A stretch of 64,000 nt of DNA from an uncultured Actinomycetota bacterium (GTDB taxonomy: Bacteria > Actinomycetota > Actinomycetes > JAFAQI01): contig CAVYQE010000002.1 in assembly GCA_963770565.1 (NCBI GenBank), forward strand, positions 704,001 to 768,000, in the 5' to 3' direction. Both the position numbers and the translations under genes were made by a program. The notes beneath the pieces were generated by a model. The model ran no database searches. It saw nothing but the letters and a program-made list of their open reading frames with translations, and had not been told where the DNA came from. This document shows positions 48,747-57,635 of this stretch, piece by piece (position 1 is the stretch's first letter; each line of letters opens with the position of its first letter).

Positions 48747-49373
48747 ATGGCGATCAGCCGGAAGTTCTTCGCCGCGACCTACGACAGGCAGACCAAAGGG
48801 CTCGAGCGTCACGGCCTCGCCGCCCTGCGGGAAGAGCTCATCAGCAAAGCACATGGCGACGTGCTCGAGGTAGGAGGCGGCACCGGAGCGAACCTGCCCT
48901 ACTACCAGGCGGCCAACATCCGCTCTCTGACGCTGACCGAGCCGGACCCGTCGATGTTGCGGCGGCTCGAGCGGCGGGCCGCCGCGGGAAACATCGATGC
49001 CATGGTGCTGCGCGCTCCCGCCGAAGACCTGCCGTTCGAGGACGACAGCTTCGACACTGTGGTCTCGACGCTCGTGTTGTGTGGAGTGGACGACCAGCCG
49101 CGAGCCGCGCGGGAGATTCGCAGAGTGCTCCGCGCCAACGGCCAGCTGATCCTCGTCGAGCACGTCCGCTCGCCCGACCCTGACCGCGCCCGTGGCCAAG
49201 ACCGGATGAACTGGCTCAACCGCATCGTCGTCCACTGCGACTGCAATCGGCCAACGCTCGAAACGCTGACCCGCTCCGGCTTTGACGTCGCCACAGTTCG
49301 TGACTGGCAACTTCCCAAGGTCCCGAAGTTCGTCCAGCCGGGCATCATCGGCGTTGCGACCCCGCGGTCCTAG
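48747..49373 (+). CDS. Class I SAM-dependent methyltransferase (METTL7-like)
   Basis: GGAGG RBS, ATG at 48747; VLEVGGGTG, EPD..M, AEDLPF, FDTVVSTLVLC, EHV. Confidence 0.9.
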   Translation: MAISRKFFAATYDRQTKGLERHGLAALREELISKAHGDVLEVGGGTGANLPYYQAANIRSLTLTEPDPSMLRRLERRAAAGNIDAMVLRAPAEDLPFEDDSFDTVVSTLVLCGVDDQPRAAREIRRVLRANGQLILVEHVRSPDPDRARGQDRMNWLNRIVVHCDCNRPTLETLTRSGFDVATVRDWQLPKVPKFVQPGIIGVATPRS

Positions 49374-49424
49374 CGCCTCACCGAGACAGCCACCTCCACA
49401 CCATCGACACTGAGGAGCACAGCC

Positions 49425-49810
49425 ATGCCCAAGACCTCCAAGGACAGCGCCCCGGAACGCCGTGAGTCCGGACCGGCCATCGACCGCTTCGCCCACCTCG
49501 ACGACTACACGGTCAACTTCACGACGATCCTCGAGAACAGCTCGCTCGCACCTCTGCTCAAAGGTCTGCCCGACGACGCGTGCCAGTGCCCGCACTGGGG
49601 CTACGTACTCACCGGTGAAATGACGGTGACGTACACCGACGGCCGCGAAGAGACCTACGCCGCCGGTGACGCCTTCTACATGCCGCGGGGCACGCGCCGA
49701 GTGCCATCGCCGGCACCGACTTCGTCATGTACAGCCCCAAGGAGCAGCTGGCGATCACCGATGCGGCCATCTCCGCGAACATCCAGAAGATGACGGATGC
49801 GGCAACGTGA
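49425..49810 (+). pseudogene. Cupin-domain protein with a 1-nt frameshift (~49688)
   Basis: CQCPHWGYV...GDAFYMP; restoring one base continues GHAPSAIAGTDFVMYSP to TGA at 49808. Could be a sequencing error. Confidence 0.75.
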
Positions 49811-49965
49811 CCGGGCCTTGACGGAGTCGAGCGCCGCTGAGATCGCGCGCCTGGCTGCTCACGAGCCGCGCCCCGATCGACGCGAGCCGCCTGTTTACAC
49901 CCGGCCCGAACCGTCGTCATCATCGCAATGAATCGGCGAGGTGCCGGGACAAGTAGGAGGAGACG

Positions 49966-51612
49966 ATGGCTGCACCACGGACCGCCGGGTTGGTGTGGGC
50001 CGTCGCCCTGGTGTGCGGTATGCCAACGGCGACCGCCGTACCGGGGCATGGAATGTCCACATCCGCGACTGACCTTCGCCAGTTTCGGCTGCATGCTCCT
50101 GGCGTTGTTGCCAACGACCGGTACGGCGGAGCCGTCGCCGCGTCCGGGCGCACGCTCGTGGTCGGCGCGCCCGGTCAGGGAAGTGGAGCCGTCTACGTCT
50201 TCACCCGTCCATTGCACGGCTGGCGCGCTGGCGTGCATCCGGTCAAGCTGACCCCGCCACCGACGTCCGCCGCCGGCGCACGATTCGGGCAGTCGGTCGC
50301 GATCAAAGGCGCGACGATCTTGGTCGGCGCGTCCGGCCAGACGGTGGGCAGCAATACCGACCAGGGCGCGACGTACGTGTTCACCGAGCCGCACGGCGGC
50401 TGGCACGCGACCTCCCACCCGACCGCGACCCTGACCGCCAAGGGCGGCGCGACCTTCGACGACCTCGGGGGCGCCGTCGCCCTGTCAGGCTCGACGATCG
50501 TCGCCGCGGCGTCAGGACGAACCATCAAGGGCAACGAGCTCGAGGGCGCCGCATACGTCTTCACCGAGTCGAAGACGGGCTGGAAGTCCGGAACGCAGGC
50601 CGCCACGCTCACCGACTCATCCGGCGGCGTCGATGACGGATTCGGCTGCAGCGTCGCAGTCAGCGGCGACACGGTCGTCATCGGCGCCTTCGCCCACCCC
50701 GGAGCAGGTGTCGCCGATGTGTTCGTGAAGCCCACGCACGGCTGGAAGTCCCTGACACAAACCCGAACCCTGCAGGGAGACGACACCGCCCCGGTTGACG
50801 AGTTCGGGTTCTCGGTCTCAGAGGAAGGACGCACGGTTGTGGTCGGAGCGCCCGACCACGAGGTCCGCGGCAACGAGAACGAGGGGGTTGCGGATGTCTT
50901 CACCGAGCCCCGTCATGGCTGGGGACCGAAGAGCTCGAAGGTGGTACATCAGGTCGCGGAGCTCGCATCGAACGACGGCACCAGCGAGGACGGGCTCGGT
51001 AGCAGCGTTTCCTTGTCAGGCTCGACCATCGTGCTCGGTGCCATAGGTCACACGATCGGTGCCAATAGCCGCCAGGGCGCGGCGTACGGTTACAGAGAGC
51101 CGGGCAACGGATGGCGGGATGCCACCGAGTCCTTCGAGTTGAGCGCCACGGACGGGGAGGCGAACGACTCGTTCGGCAGCGCCACCGCCGTCCAACCCGG
51201 GGTGGTGGTGGTCGGTGCGCCGGACACCCCATCGGACACCGGCGCCGCGTATGTCTTCGCTCAGCCGGGTCCGGTGCTGTCCAAGGTGAGGCAGTCGCAC
51301 CGCTCCTGGTCGCTGGGCGCCCACAACCCCGAGACCAATCCAAGGCACAAACCGGCCGGCGGGACGGTGTTCTCCTTCTCGGTCAACGAGTCCACGGCCG
51401 TGTCACTGAGCTTCAGCGAGCGCAAGCACGGGCACTACCGCCAGATCCACATCATCAGGCTGCACGTAGCGCGGGGCAGGACCAAGGAGTACATCGACGG
51501 CAAGCTGGGCGCCGGCACCGCCCTTGAGCCCGGTCACGACCGGGTGGTCGTCTCAGCAACGAATTCAAGCGGTACGACGAAGTCGGTGACGCTGAAGTTC
51601 ACGACCCACTGA
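49966..51612 (+). CDS. Secreted FG-GAP (integrin-like) repeat protein
   Basis: AGGAGG RBS; repeated FG.SVA.SG.T.VVGA...GA.YVF blades. Confidence 0.9.
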   Translation: MAAPRTAGLVWAVALVCGMPTATAVPGHGMSTSATDLRQFRLHAPGVVANDRYGGAVAASGRTLVVGAPGQGSGAVYVFTRPLHGWRAGVHPVKLTPPPTSAAGARFGQSVAIKGATILVGASGQTVGSNTDQGATYVFTEPHGGWHATSHPTATLTAKGGATFDDLGGAVALSGSTIVAAASGRTIKGNELEGAAYVFTESKTGWKSGTQAATLTDSSGGVDDGFGCSVAVSGDTVVIGAFAHPGAGVADVFVKPTHGWKSLTQTRTLQGDDTAPVDEFGFSVSEEGRTVVVGAPDHEVRGNENEGVADVFTEPRHGWGPKSSKVVHQVAELASNDGTSEDGLGSSVSLSGSTIVLGAIGHTIGANSRQGAAYGYREPGNGWRDATESFELSATDGEANDSFGSATAVQPGVVVVGAPDTPSDTGAAYVFAQPGPVLSKVRQSHRSWSLGAHNPETNPRHKPAGGTVFSFSVNESTAVSLSFSERKHGHYRQIHIIRLHVARGRTKEYIDGKLGAGTALEPGHDRVVVSATNSSGTTKSVTLKFTTH

Positions 51613-51621
51613 CGTGCCGCC

Positions 51622-52722
51622 TCAGGCGGGCGAACGCTTCCAGTGCCCACCCGACCGGATATCGATCAGCGGCATGAACTGACCGCCGGACAGGTCGGAC
51701 CCAACCGCGACCGCAAGCTTCGACGAGACCCCGACGCCGTGCAGTTGCGCGTCGTGACCGCGGCTGTCGGTGCGCTCGGCGCGCCATTTTCCCTTGCTGA
51801 AACGCACGGCCACGGGGCCCGACTTACCGTTGCCGGCAGCGACTGCCGTCGTGCCGCCCGTTGCGACGTCGAGGAGCTCGGTCGCGGCGCTCGGCACCGC
51901 CACCGCTGACCACCGCTTGCCATTCCAGTGTGAGGAGAATGATTTCGTTGGCGAGGTTTGCGTGAAACCGACCACCCACGTGCTGCCCGAACCTGCAGTT
52001 GCGATCGCGATCGCATCCCCGGTCTTCGGCATTGCCGTCAGGGTCGACTTAGACCACTTCTTGCCGTTCCAATGCAGCAGAGCCGCCTGACCGTTGGCAG
52101 GCCCCGGGGCGAGGATCCAGGTGTTGGTCGGGCCCGACGTCGTCACGGACTCGAGTTGGTACTCCGCCGGCAGGTGCGGTAAGGCCGCGGTGGTCCATTT
52201 CCCGCGGACCAGGCGGTAAGCCACCGGGACCAGGCCGTTCGCGGTGTCGTTGCCCACTGCCCACGCGTTGGTTGCCGACGAGGCGGCAACATCGACGAGC
52301 GTCGTACCCACCGCCGTGCCGGGAAGCGACGCGGGACCGAACGCCCCACCCGTCGAGTGCAGGACTAGCGCCGACGTCGAGGTCGCGCCCTGCACGTCAC
52401 CAACCGCCCAGACCGCGTGCGCACTTGCGGCTGCGACGCCGTTGAGGTGGACCTGGCCGGTCGCTGACGTATAGGCGACGGGTTTCCAGCGGCCGGCCTT
52501 CAAGTGCAGGATGCTGCCGCTCACGCCGTCACTGATCGAGTTCCCGACCGCCCACGCCGACGTGCTCGCCGGAGCGACCGAAACTGAGTTCAGCGCCAGA
52601 TCGCCGAGTGGCGATGGGTTGTGCTGCACCGGACTCGCATTGACGGCTGACATTGTCGCAAACACTGCGACGCAAAGCAGGCCAACGACCAGCGAGAGTT
52701 GGTAGGAACGAATCCGGTCCAT
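51622..52722 (-). CDS. Secreted beta-propeller repeat protein
   Basis: Signal peptide; repeats of L..V.A.S...AWAVG and HWNGK.W. Confidence 0.82.
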   Translation of the reverse strand: MDRIRSYQLSLVVGLLCVAVFATMSAVNASPVQHNPSPLGDLALNSVSVAPASTSAWAVGNSISDGVSGSILHLKAGRWKPVAYTSATGQVHLNGVAAASAHAVWAVGDVQGATSTSALVLHSTGGAFGPASLPGTAVGTTLVDVAASSATNAWAVGNDTANGLVPVAYRLVRGKWTTAALPHLPAEYQLESVTTSGPTNTWILAPGPANGQAALLHWNGKKWSKSTLTAMPKTGDAIAIATAGSGSTWVVGFTQTSPTKSFSSHWNGKRWSAVAVPSAATELLDVATGGTTAVAAGNGKSGPVAVRFSKGKWRAERTDSRGHDAQLHGVGVSSKLAVAVGSDLSGGQFMPLIDIRSGGHWKRSPA

Positions 52723-52789
52723 TGCGCCCCCCGGCGTTGTGCCTAGCGTGCTCGATGTACATCGGGACGTGCCGCGAAGGTGCGTTGAG

Positions 52790-52814
52790 ATGGTGGGCGA
52801 GGGGGGAGTTGAAC
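52790..52814. repeat. att core repeat (tRNA-distal end)
   Basis: atggtgggcgaggggggagttgaac, identical to 63289-63313 at the tRNA 3' end. Confidence 0.95.
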
Positions 52815-52858
52815 TCCGAACCAAGGGTGCTGCCCGTGTCCGCTCCAGGTGCGCACAC

Positions 52859-52953
52859 GCGCTCTGACCTGCGGTTTTGTTTTCGATCTTGCTAAGGCGT
52901 GGTGATCAACATTGAGCCGCTTCTACCGGTCCGGTAGAAGTTCCGGTAGAAGT
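52859..52953. repeat. Left-end arm-type repeats
   Basis: gcgctctgacctgcg (also at 63269-63283); ccggtagaag twice direct and once inverted. Confidence 0.75.
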
Positions 52954-53090
52954 CCGCGGCGATCCGCAGTCGCAACCGTGGCGTCGCAGATCAGCCACAG
53001 AACGGCCGTTACAGAGCGCCCGGCACACGCAAAGGCAACGCTCGGGATCCGGCGCTACAGGACAGCGTCGGCGGGTTCTACGCTGGCGAG

Positions 53091-53642
53091 ATGGCCCGAC
53101 TCATCTTGCTGAACGGGCCGCCAGGTGTGGGAAAGTCAAGCGTCGCTCGCCGCTACATCGACGACCATCCGCTGGCTTTCTGTCTCGAGGTGGATGGCAT
53201 CCGCCGACTCATCGGGCATTGGCAGGACAGATCGACGGAGTCAGGCCTTTTCGCCCGGAAGATGGCGCTGGCGATGGTCGATGTGCACCTGCACGAGGGC
53301 CATGATGTAGTTGTGCCGCAATATCTCGGCCGTCCGGAGTTCCTTGACGCGTTGGAAGCCGCAGCCGACGAGGCGGCGGCCTGTTTCTGCGAAATCGTCC
53401 TCATGGACACTCGTGAGAACGCTCTGGCCCGCTTCCACTCCCGTGCCTCAGACGCCGAACTTGCCACCCATCACCGCGAGGCGTCCGAGATGATCCGTGG
53501 CAATGCCGAGCTAATGGAAATGTATGACCGACTTGATCTCCTTCTGAAAACAAGGCCACGCGCGCGGATCATCAGAACAACGCACGGAGATATCGCGGGT
53601 GCTTACGAGTCGGTACTGGCAGCAGTCGCACATTGCTCCTAA
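53091..53642 (+). CDS. P-loop small-molecule kinase-like (AAA_33) protein
   Basis: N-terminal LILLNGPPGVGKS Walker A; ~180-aa NMP-kinase-like layout. Confidence 0.82.
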   Translation: MARLILLNGPPGVGKSSVARRYIDDHPLAFCLEVDGIRRLIGHWQDRSTESGLFARKMALAMVDVHLHEGHDVVVPQYLGRPEFLDALEAAADEAAACFCEIVLMDTRENALARFHSRASDAELATHHREASEMIRGNAELMEMYDRLDLLLKTRPRARIIRTTHGDIAGAYESVLAAVAHCS

Positions 53643-53684
53643 GTACCGCTCGCGCGTCGTCTCCGGCAAGACCGACTCGTGGTC

Positions 53685-54098
53685 TCACGCAGTCGGTCCT
53701 TCCCAAAACAGTTCGAGCTGGATGTTGTCTGGATCCCGAAACGTGATCATCCGATTCGCGGTGTAGGAGGGAGACTTCACACCTGAGTGACCGACGTCCA
53801 GGCCGTCGAGCCAACTCGCCCAACTGTCCAACTCATCCTCCGATGAAACGAAGAACTCAACGTGATCAAGGCCCGTCCGGGCCTCGTTGAAGGGGTGACT
53901 GCTGTTCTGGCCGTGGCTTAGCAGACAGAGCGTGAAGCCGGAGTGGCCGTTCTGAAGGCAGATCTGCTCGACTCGACCCTCGACGTCCATCTGCCGTCCG
54001 GTCACTTCGAAGCCGAAGACGTTCTGGTACCAGGTGGCACTCACCGTCGGATCACGGACGGTGAGAATCAGGCCAAGCCGACCAGTAATCGCGGGCAT
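53685..54098 (-). CDS. VOC/glyoxalase-bleomycin-resistance family protein
   Basis: LTVRD...S..WY..VFGF, GLDHVEF, FRDPDNIQLELF; ATG at 54098. Confidence 0.88.
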   Translation of the reverse strand: MPAITGRLGLILTVRDPTVSATWYQNVFGFEVTGRQMDVEGRVEQICLQNGHSGFTLCLLSHGQNSSHPFNEARTGLDHVEFFVSSEDELDSWASWLDGLDVGHSGVKSPSYTANRMITFRDPDNIQLELFWEGPTA

Positions 54099-54285
54099 GG
54101 TCGAAGTCTGCCGCAGGCGTCTTCTTAGGTCACCCGCACGACGAACAAATGTGCCGTTCCCCCGCACTACCCGGCGTTCTGCTGGACAGGATGCACCCTT
54201 CGTCGAGACGGCTGCGAAGTCCTTTGATTGACGGCCGCCGCGACCGGCGTCCAACCTCTCACCGTGCTGCGTCGTCTTTTCGATT

Positions 54286-54861
54286 GTGAGGCGATTGGGT
54301 TGGCGTGGAGCAGGCACCGCGGTGCTGCTGAGCCTCGTCGCGCTGTGGTTGCCAGCGTCCGCGTCCGCGGCGGCACCGCACCCGAAGCCGACCGTTTCAG
54401 TCAACCCTTCTAGTGGCCTTCGCGACGGGGAGCAGGTCACTGTCCGGGTTCGTGGGTTTCCGAGCGGAGAGAAGGTCTTCCTTTCTGAGTGTGCTCGACG
54501 AAGTGAGGCGAACGGCGACGGGTGCGGAAGCGAGCTCGCCGCTCAAACCATCGGCTTCACCAATGCCGCAGGACGCGCAACAGTGAAGTTCACAATCAAC
54601 TCGCATGCGGCGATCGGACCACTAACACTAACGCGCGCTGGTCGACCGCCTCGGCGGCCGTGCGTTGCTTGCGTGCTGGTCGCGACCGCTGGCGTGGATG
54701 CGGATCACCCGCACCCTGGTCTCTTTGGGGTCGCTGCTCTGTCGTTCGGTTCTGTCACGCTCCCGTTTACTGGCCTGCCGACTGAGGCGCTGGCGGTCGT
54801 GGGTGCACTAACGCTCGGTATTGGCATCATCGTCACCGCGACGGCTCGTCACCGCCGTTAG
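54286..54861 (+). CDS. Neocarzinostatin-apoprotein-like domain protein with LPxTG sortase signal
   Basis: Signal peptide; PTVSVNPSSGLRDGEQVTV..RGF...ECA...C; LPFTG followed by TM and RHRR tail. Confidence 0.78.
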   Translation: MRRLGWRGAGTAVLLSLVALWLPASASAAAPHPKPTVSVNPSSGLRDGEQVTVRVRGFPSGEKVFLSECARRSEANGDGCGSELAAQTIGFTNAAGRATVKFTINSHAAIGPLTLTRAGRPPRRPCVACVLVATAGVDADHPHPGLFGVAALSFGSVTLPFTGLPTEALAVVGALTLGIGIIVTATARHRR

Positions 54862-54932
54862 GCGAGGAGAAGTGCCTACCTGTTATTTTTCTTTTGCGAC
54901 AAGGACGTTGACCGAGCAGAACGAAGCACTTC

Positions 54933-55202
54933 ATGCGCGATCATTGGGGCGTGAGAGCCGCGAATCGACTTGCCCGAGCCGTGCTCGCCATGATGACGCT
55001 CGGGATACTGCTCTTGATAATCAACGGAATCGTTGGTGCTGGGCTGACCTTTGGCAGTCCTGCGGATCGACGCGTTCTGAGCGTGCTGGCCATCGTCGGC
55101 ATCGCCGTCGGAATGGCGCTGTTGCTTGTCGCGAACTACCTGTGGCAGAGGGCACGCATGCGGGACCCCCTTCACCCTCGGTATCCCTGGGTTGCTCGGT
55201 AA
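54933..55202 (+). CDS. Small two-TM hypothetical protein
   Basis: Two hydrophobic helices in an 89-aa ORF. Confidence 0.5.
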   Translation: MRDHWGVRAANRLARAVLAMMTLGILLLIINGIVGAGLTFGSPADRRVLSVLAIVGIAVGMALLLVANYLWQRARMRDPLHPRYPWVAR

Positions 55203-55340
55203 CCGCGGTGAGGGTCGGAGCGCTCGACCTACCTGGCAAACTCAGTTCGTTCTTCTTCGCCGGGTTCAGCGGGTCCACGCGGCAGGCCAACTCATCACTC
55301 ATGCTGGCGCACGCTGATCACTCGCACCAACGTTCCTGCC

Positions 55341-55748
55341 TTATCCGGACGGCGTCGAAGTCGAGGCACATAGTGCGAGCAGGCCCTTGGGCGCCTTGCT
55401 CAGATCTGAGCTGTACAGAACCTTCTTGTGTCCACGTTTGAGCCTGGTCGAGTAGGTAAGGAGTCGCGCGGCGTAGTTTTGCACCGATCGACTGACCGTT
55501 GGATCCGTCCACTGAAGTTGATCGAGTTCAACCGCGTCACGGCGAAGGTGCTCGGCAACGACACTCGTCGACACGAAGCCCTGGCCGTGGGCTCGGAAGT
55601 CCACGCCGATGGAGCTAATAACAACATTCATCGCTGTACACGCAGCGAGGTTGGGGCGGCTAGGCGGATCGCCCACAACGCTCCCGCCACCACACGCCGA
55701 GAGACAAGTACCCGTCAACAGCAGGCAGGCGACCCAGCGACCGCTCAT
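55341..55748 (-). CDS. Hypothetical lipoprotein
   Basis: Lipobox LSAC-GG; helical mature region with paired Cys. Confidence 0.55.
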   Translation of the reverse strand: MSGRWVACLLLTGTCLSACGGGSVVGDPPSRPNLAACTAMNVVISSIGVDFRAHGQGFVSTSVVAEHLRRDAVELDQLQWTDPTVSRSVQNYAARLLTYSTRLKRGHKKVLYSSDLSKAPKGLLALCASTSTPSG

Positions 55749-55889
55749 ACCCGACTCGTCGACCGACTAGCGGCCGGGCTTGAGGGCACGCGCGGCCACG
55801 GCGTCCCAGAGTCCATAAAGATTCAGCCGCCGACCAGAACACCGGCTCGGCAGGGTTTGCTCGGGTCGATCTTCCGAACCGAGTGGATC

Positions 55890-57635
55890 TTATTGTTCGC
55901 GGTCGTGTGTCCTGATCCATGCCGGTGGCAGTTCCCCGTGAACGAGAAGTCCGTCGCCAACCCGTAGGCGGCGTAGTAGGTCGGCCGGCGCGTACGGCAC
56001 TGAGGTCGCGACCCGCTGCGCTTCCTGGCCGCCGCCCGGATCAAGCAGCTGGCGACGGGTCAGGTCCGCGCGGACGTGTTCGTTGCCAACGAGAACGCTC
56101 AGGTAGTCGGTGGTCGTCGTGTCGGTCAACCCGCTGGGGTAGAACAGTTTGCTCCGGTGGTTGGTGAGGACGCTGTCGGCGTCGCGGCCGTAGGTGGTGT
56201 CGAGCTGTGCCCGTGACTGCCACACGGTGACGAGTTGGATACCGGCTCCGCTGACGGTGGCTGCCCATTGCGGCAGCTTTGGTAGCGGTGTGTTGGCTGC
56301 TTCGTCGCAGACCACGAGCAGCCGAGGGTCGAGCGGCACGCCACGACGGTTGTATGCGGTGAACGCGTCGCTGATCAGGTCATGCAGGACCGCAGCGAAC
56401 ACCAGGCCGATGCGGGTGTCGTCACCGAGAGGTGCGACGAGGTAGAGCGTGTTGTTGCCGCCGAGTAGCCAGTCGAGGGTGAGCTGGCAGTCGTTCGCGC
56501 TGTCCGCGATTGCGGGGTCGGCCCAGGGCCAGACGGCGTTGCGGGCGGTGGCGTAGACGCTGCTGGTGGTGCGCGGGTCGCTGCTCCACTGGCCGTGAAG
56601 CCAGCCTTGGACTTGGGTGGCGGCGAGTGCGACCTGTGGGTCGTCGTGATCGGTGAGCAGCCGGACGAGTGGTGCGAGGGTGCCGCCGTTGCCGTCGCCG
56701 GGTCGGTCGAGGTCGAGCACCCACCGGACGACGTGTCGCATCGTGTGGCCGTCGGTGTTGGCGGCGGTGTAGAGCATGCCGGCGAGGAGTTGTTCGGCTT
56801 GACCGCGCCAGAACTTCTCGCCGGGTGTGTGGTCGTCGGCGCCGGTGCGGGCGAGGATCGCGGCGGCGTTGACAGCACCGGACAGGGTGCGGGCGGCGCG
56901 CAGCGGGCTCCAGGTGCTGCTGGGCAGGCCGGTGACGCCGAGCGGGTCGAACACTCGGACCTCACCGCGTTGGCGGCGGGCGTCGATGGTGGCGCGGAGC
57001 AGGTCGGCTTTGACGCTGGACACGATCGCCGGTCCGGTCCAGGCGCTGACGCCGGTGATCAGGCCGGTGGTCTTGCCGGACTGGCTGGGCCCGAAGACGG
57101 CGACGGCGCCGGCGACGCCGCGCCGGCCACGGTCGCCCATCGCTTCTGTAGACAGGTAGCCCCGGCCGGTGCGGGCGAGGACGAACCGGTTGACTGTTGG
57201 TTTGCGGGTGTAGAGCGGCGTGAGATCGCGGCGGGTCGCCAGTCGCGGTTGGGTGGCCACCCCCAGGCGGCGTCGCTTGTCGATCGGTACCTGACGGTGC
57301 CGACTGGCGAAGGACAAGGCGGCCAGCGCCACAGCGATGAGCGCGGCGATGACGAGCGCGGTGGCGGTCCAGTACGGGATGGGGCCGGGCAGGTTTCCGC
57401 GTACCCGTGCAGGCCAGGCGAGAGCGGGATCGCCGAGGTGATGGGTCATCGCGGGCAGCGAGCTGACCGCCTCGATCAGGCTGGCGTGCAGCAATCTGGC
57501 GCGGCCGAGCAGTGCGGCGAGGTTACCGATCAGCCACTGCGCAAGGCCGATGGCGAGGACGGCGCTGAGCAGGAGCGCGATGATCAGGTCGATGCCATCG
57601 ACCCCAGTGGACCGGTTGGCCGTGGGGCGGGTCAT
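55890..57635 (-). CDS. Type IV coupling protein (VirD4/TraG/TraD family)
   Basis: Two N-terminal TMs; Walker A GPSQSGKT, FDP, W.PL, FW, Walker B VVCDEAAN, QSRAQL..YG. Confidence 0.92.
   Translation of the reverse strand: MTRPTANRSTGVDGIDLIIALLLSAVLAIGLAQWLIGNLAALLGRARLLHASLIEAVSSLPAMTHHLGDPALAWPARVRGNLPGPIPYWTATALVIAALIAVALAALSFASRHRQVPIDKRRRLGVATQPRLATRRDLTPLYTRKPTVNRFVLARTGRGYLSTEAMGDRGRRGVAGAVAVFGPSQSGKTTGLITGVSAWTGPAIVSSVKADLLRATIDARRQRGEVRVFDPLGVTGLPSSTWSPLRAARTLSGAVNAAAILARTGADDHTPGEKFWRGQAEQLLAGMLYTAANTDGHTMRHVVRWVLDLDRPGDGNGGTLAPLVRLLTDHDDPQVALAATQVQGWLHGQWSSDPRTTSSVYATARNAVWPWADPAIADSANDCQLTLDWLLGGNNTLYLVAPLGDDTRIGLVFAAVLHDLISDAFTAYNRRGVPLDPRLLVVCDEAANTPLPKLPQWAATVSGAGIQLVTVWQSRAQLDTTYGRDADSVLTNHRSKLFYPSGLTDTTTTDYLSVLVGNEHVRADLTRRQLLDPGGGQEAQRVATSVPYAPADLLRRLRVGDGLLVHGELPPAWIRTHDREQ

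Noticed and set aside
52790-52860. Possible second tRNA gene
   Set aside because: Only 25 bp match the tRNA 3' end and there is no cloverleaf; it is the att duplicate.
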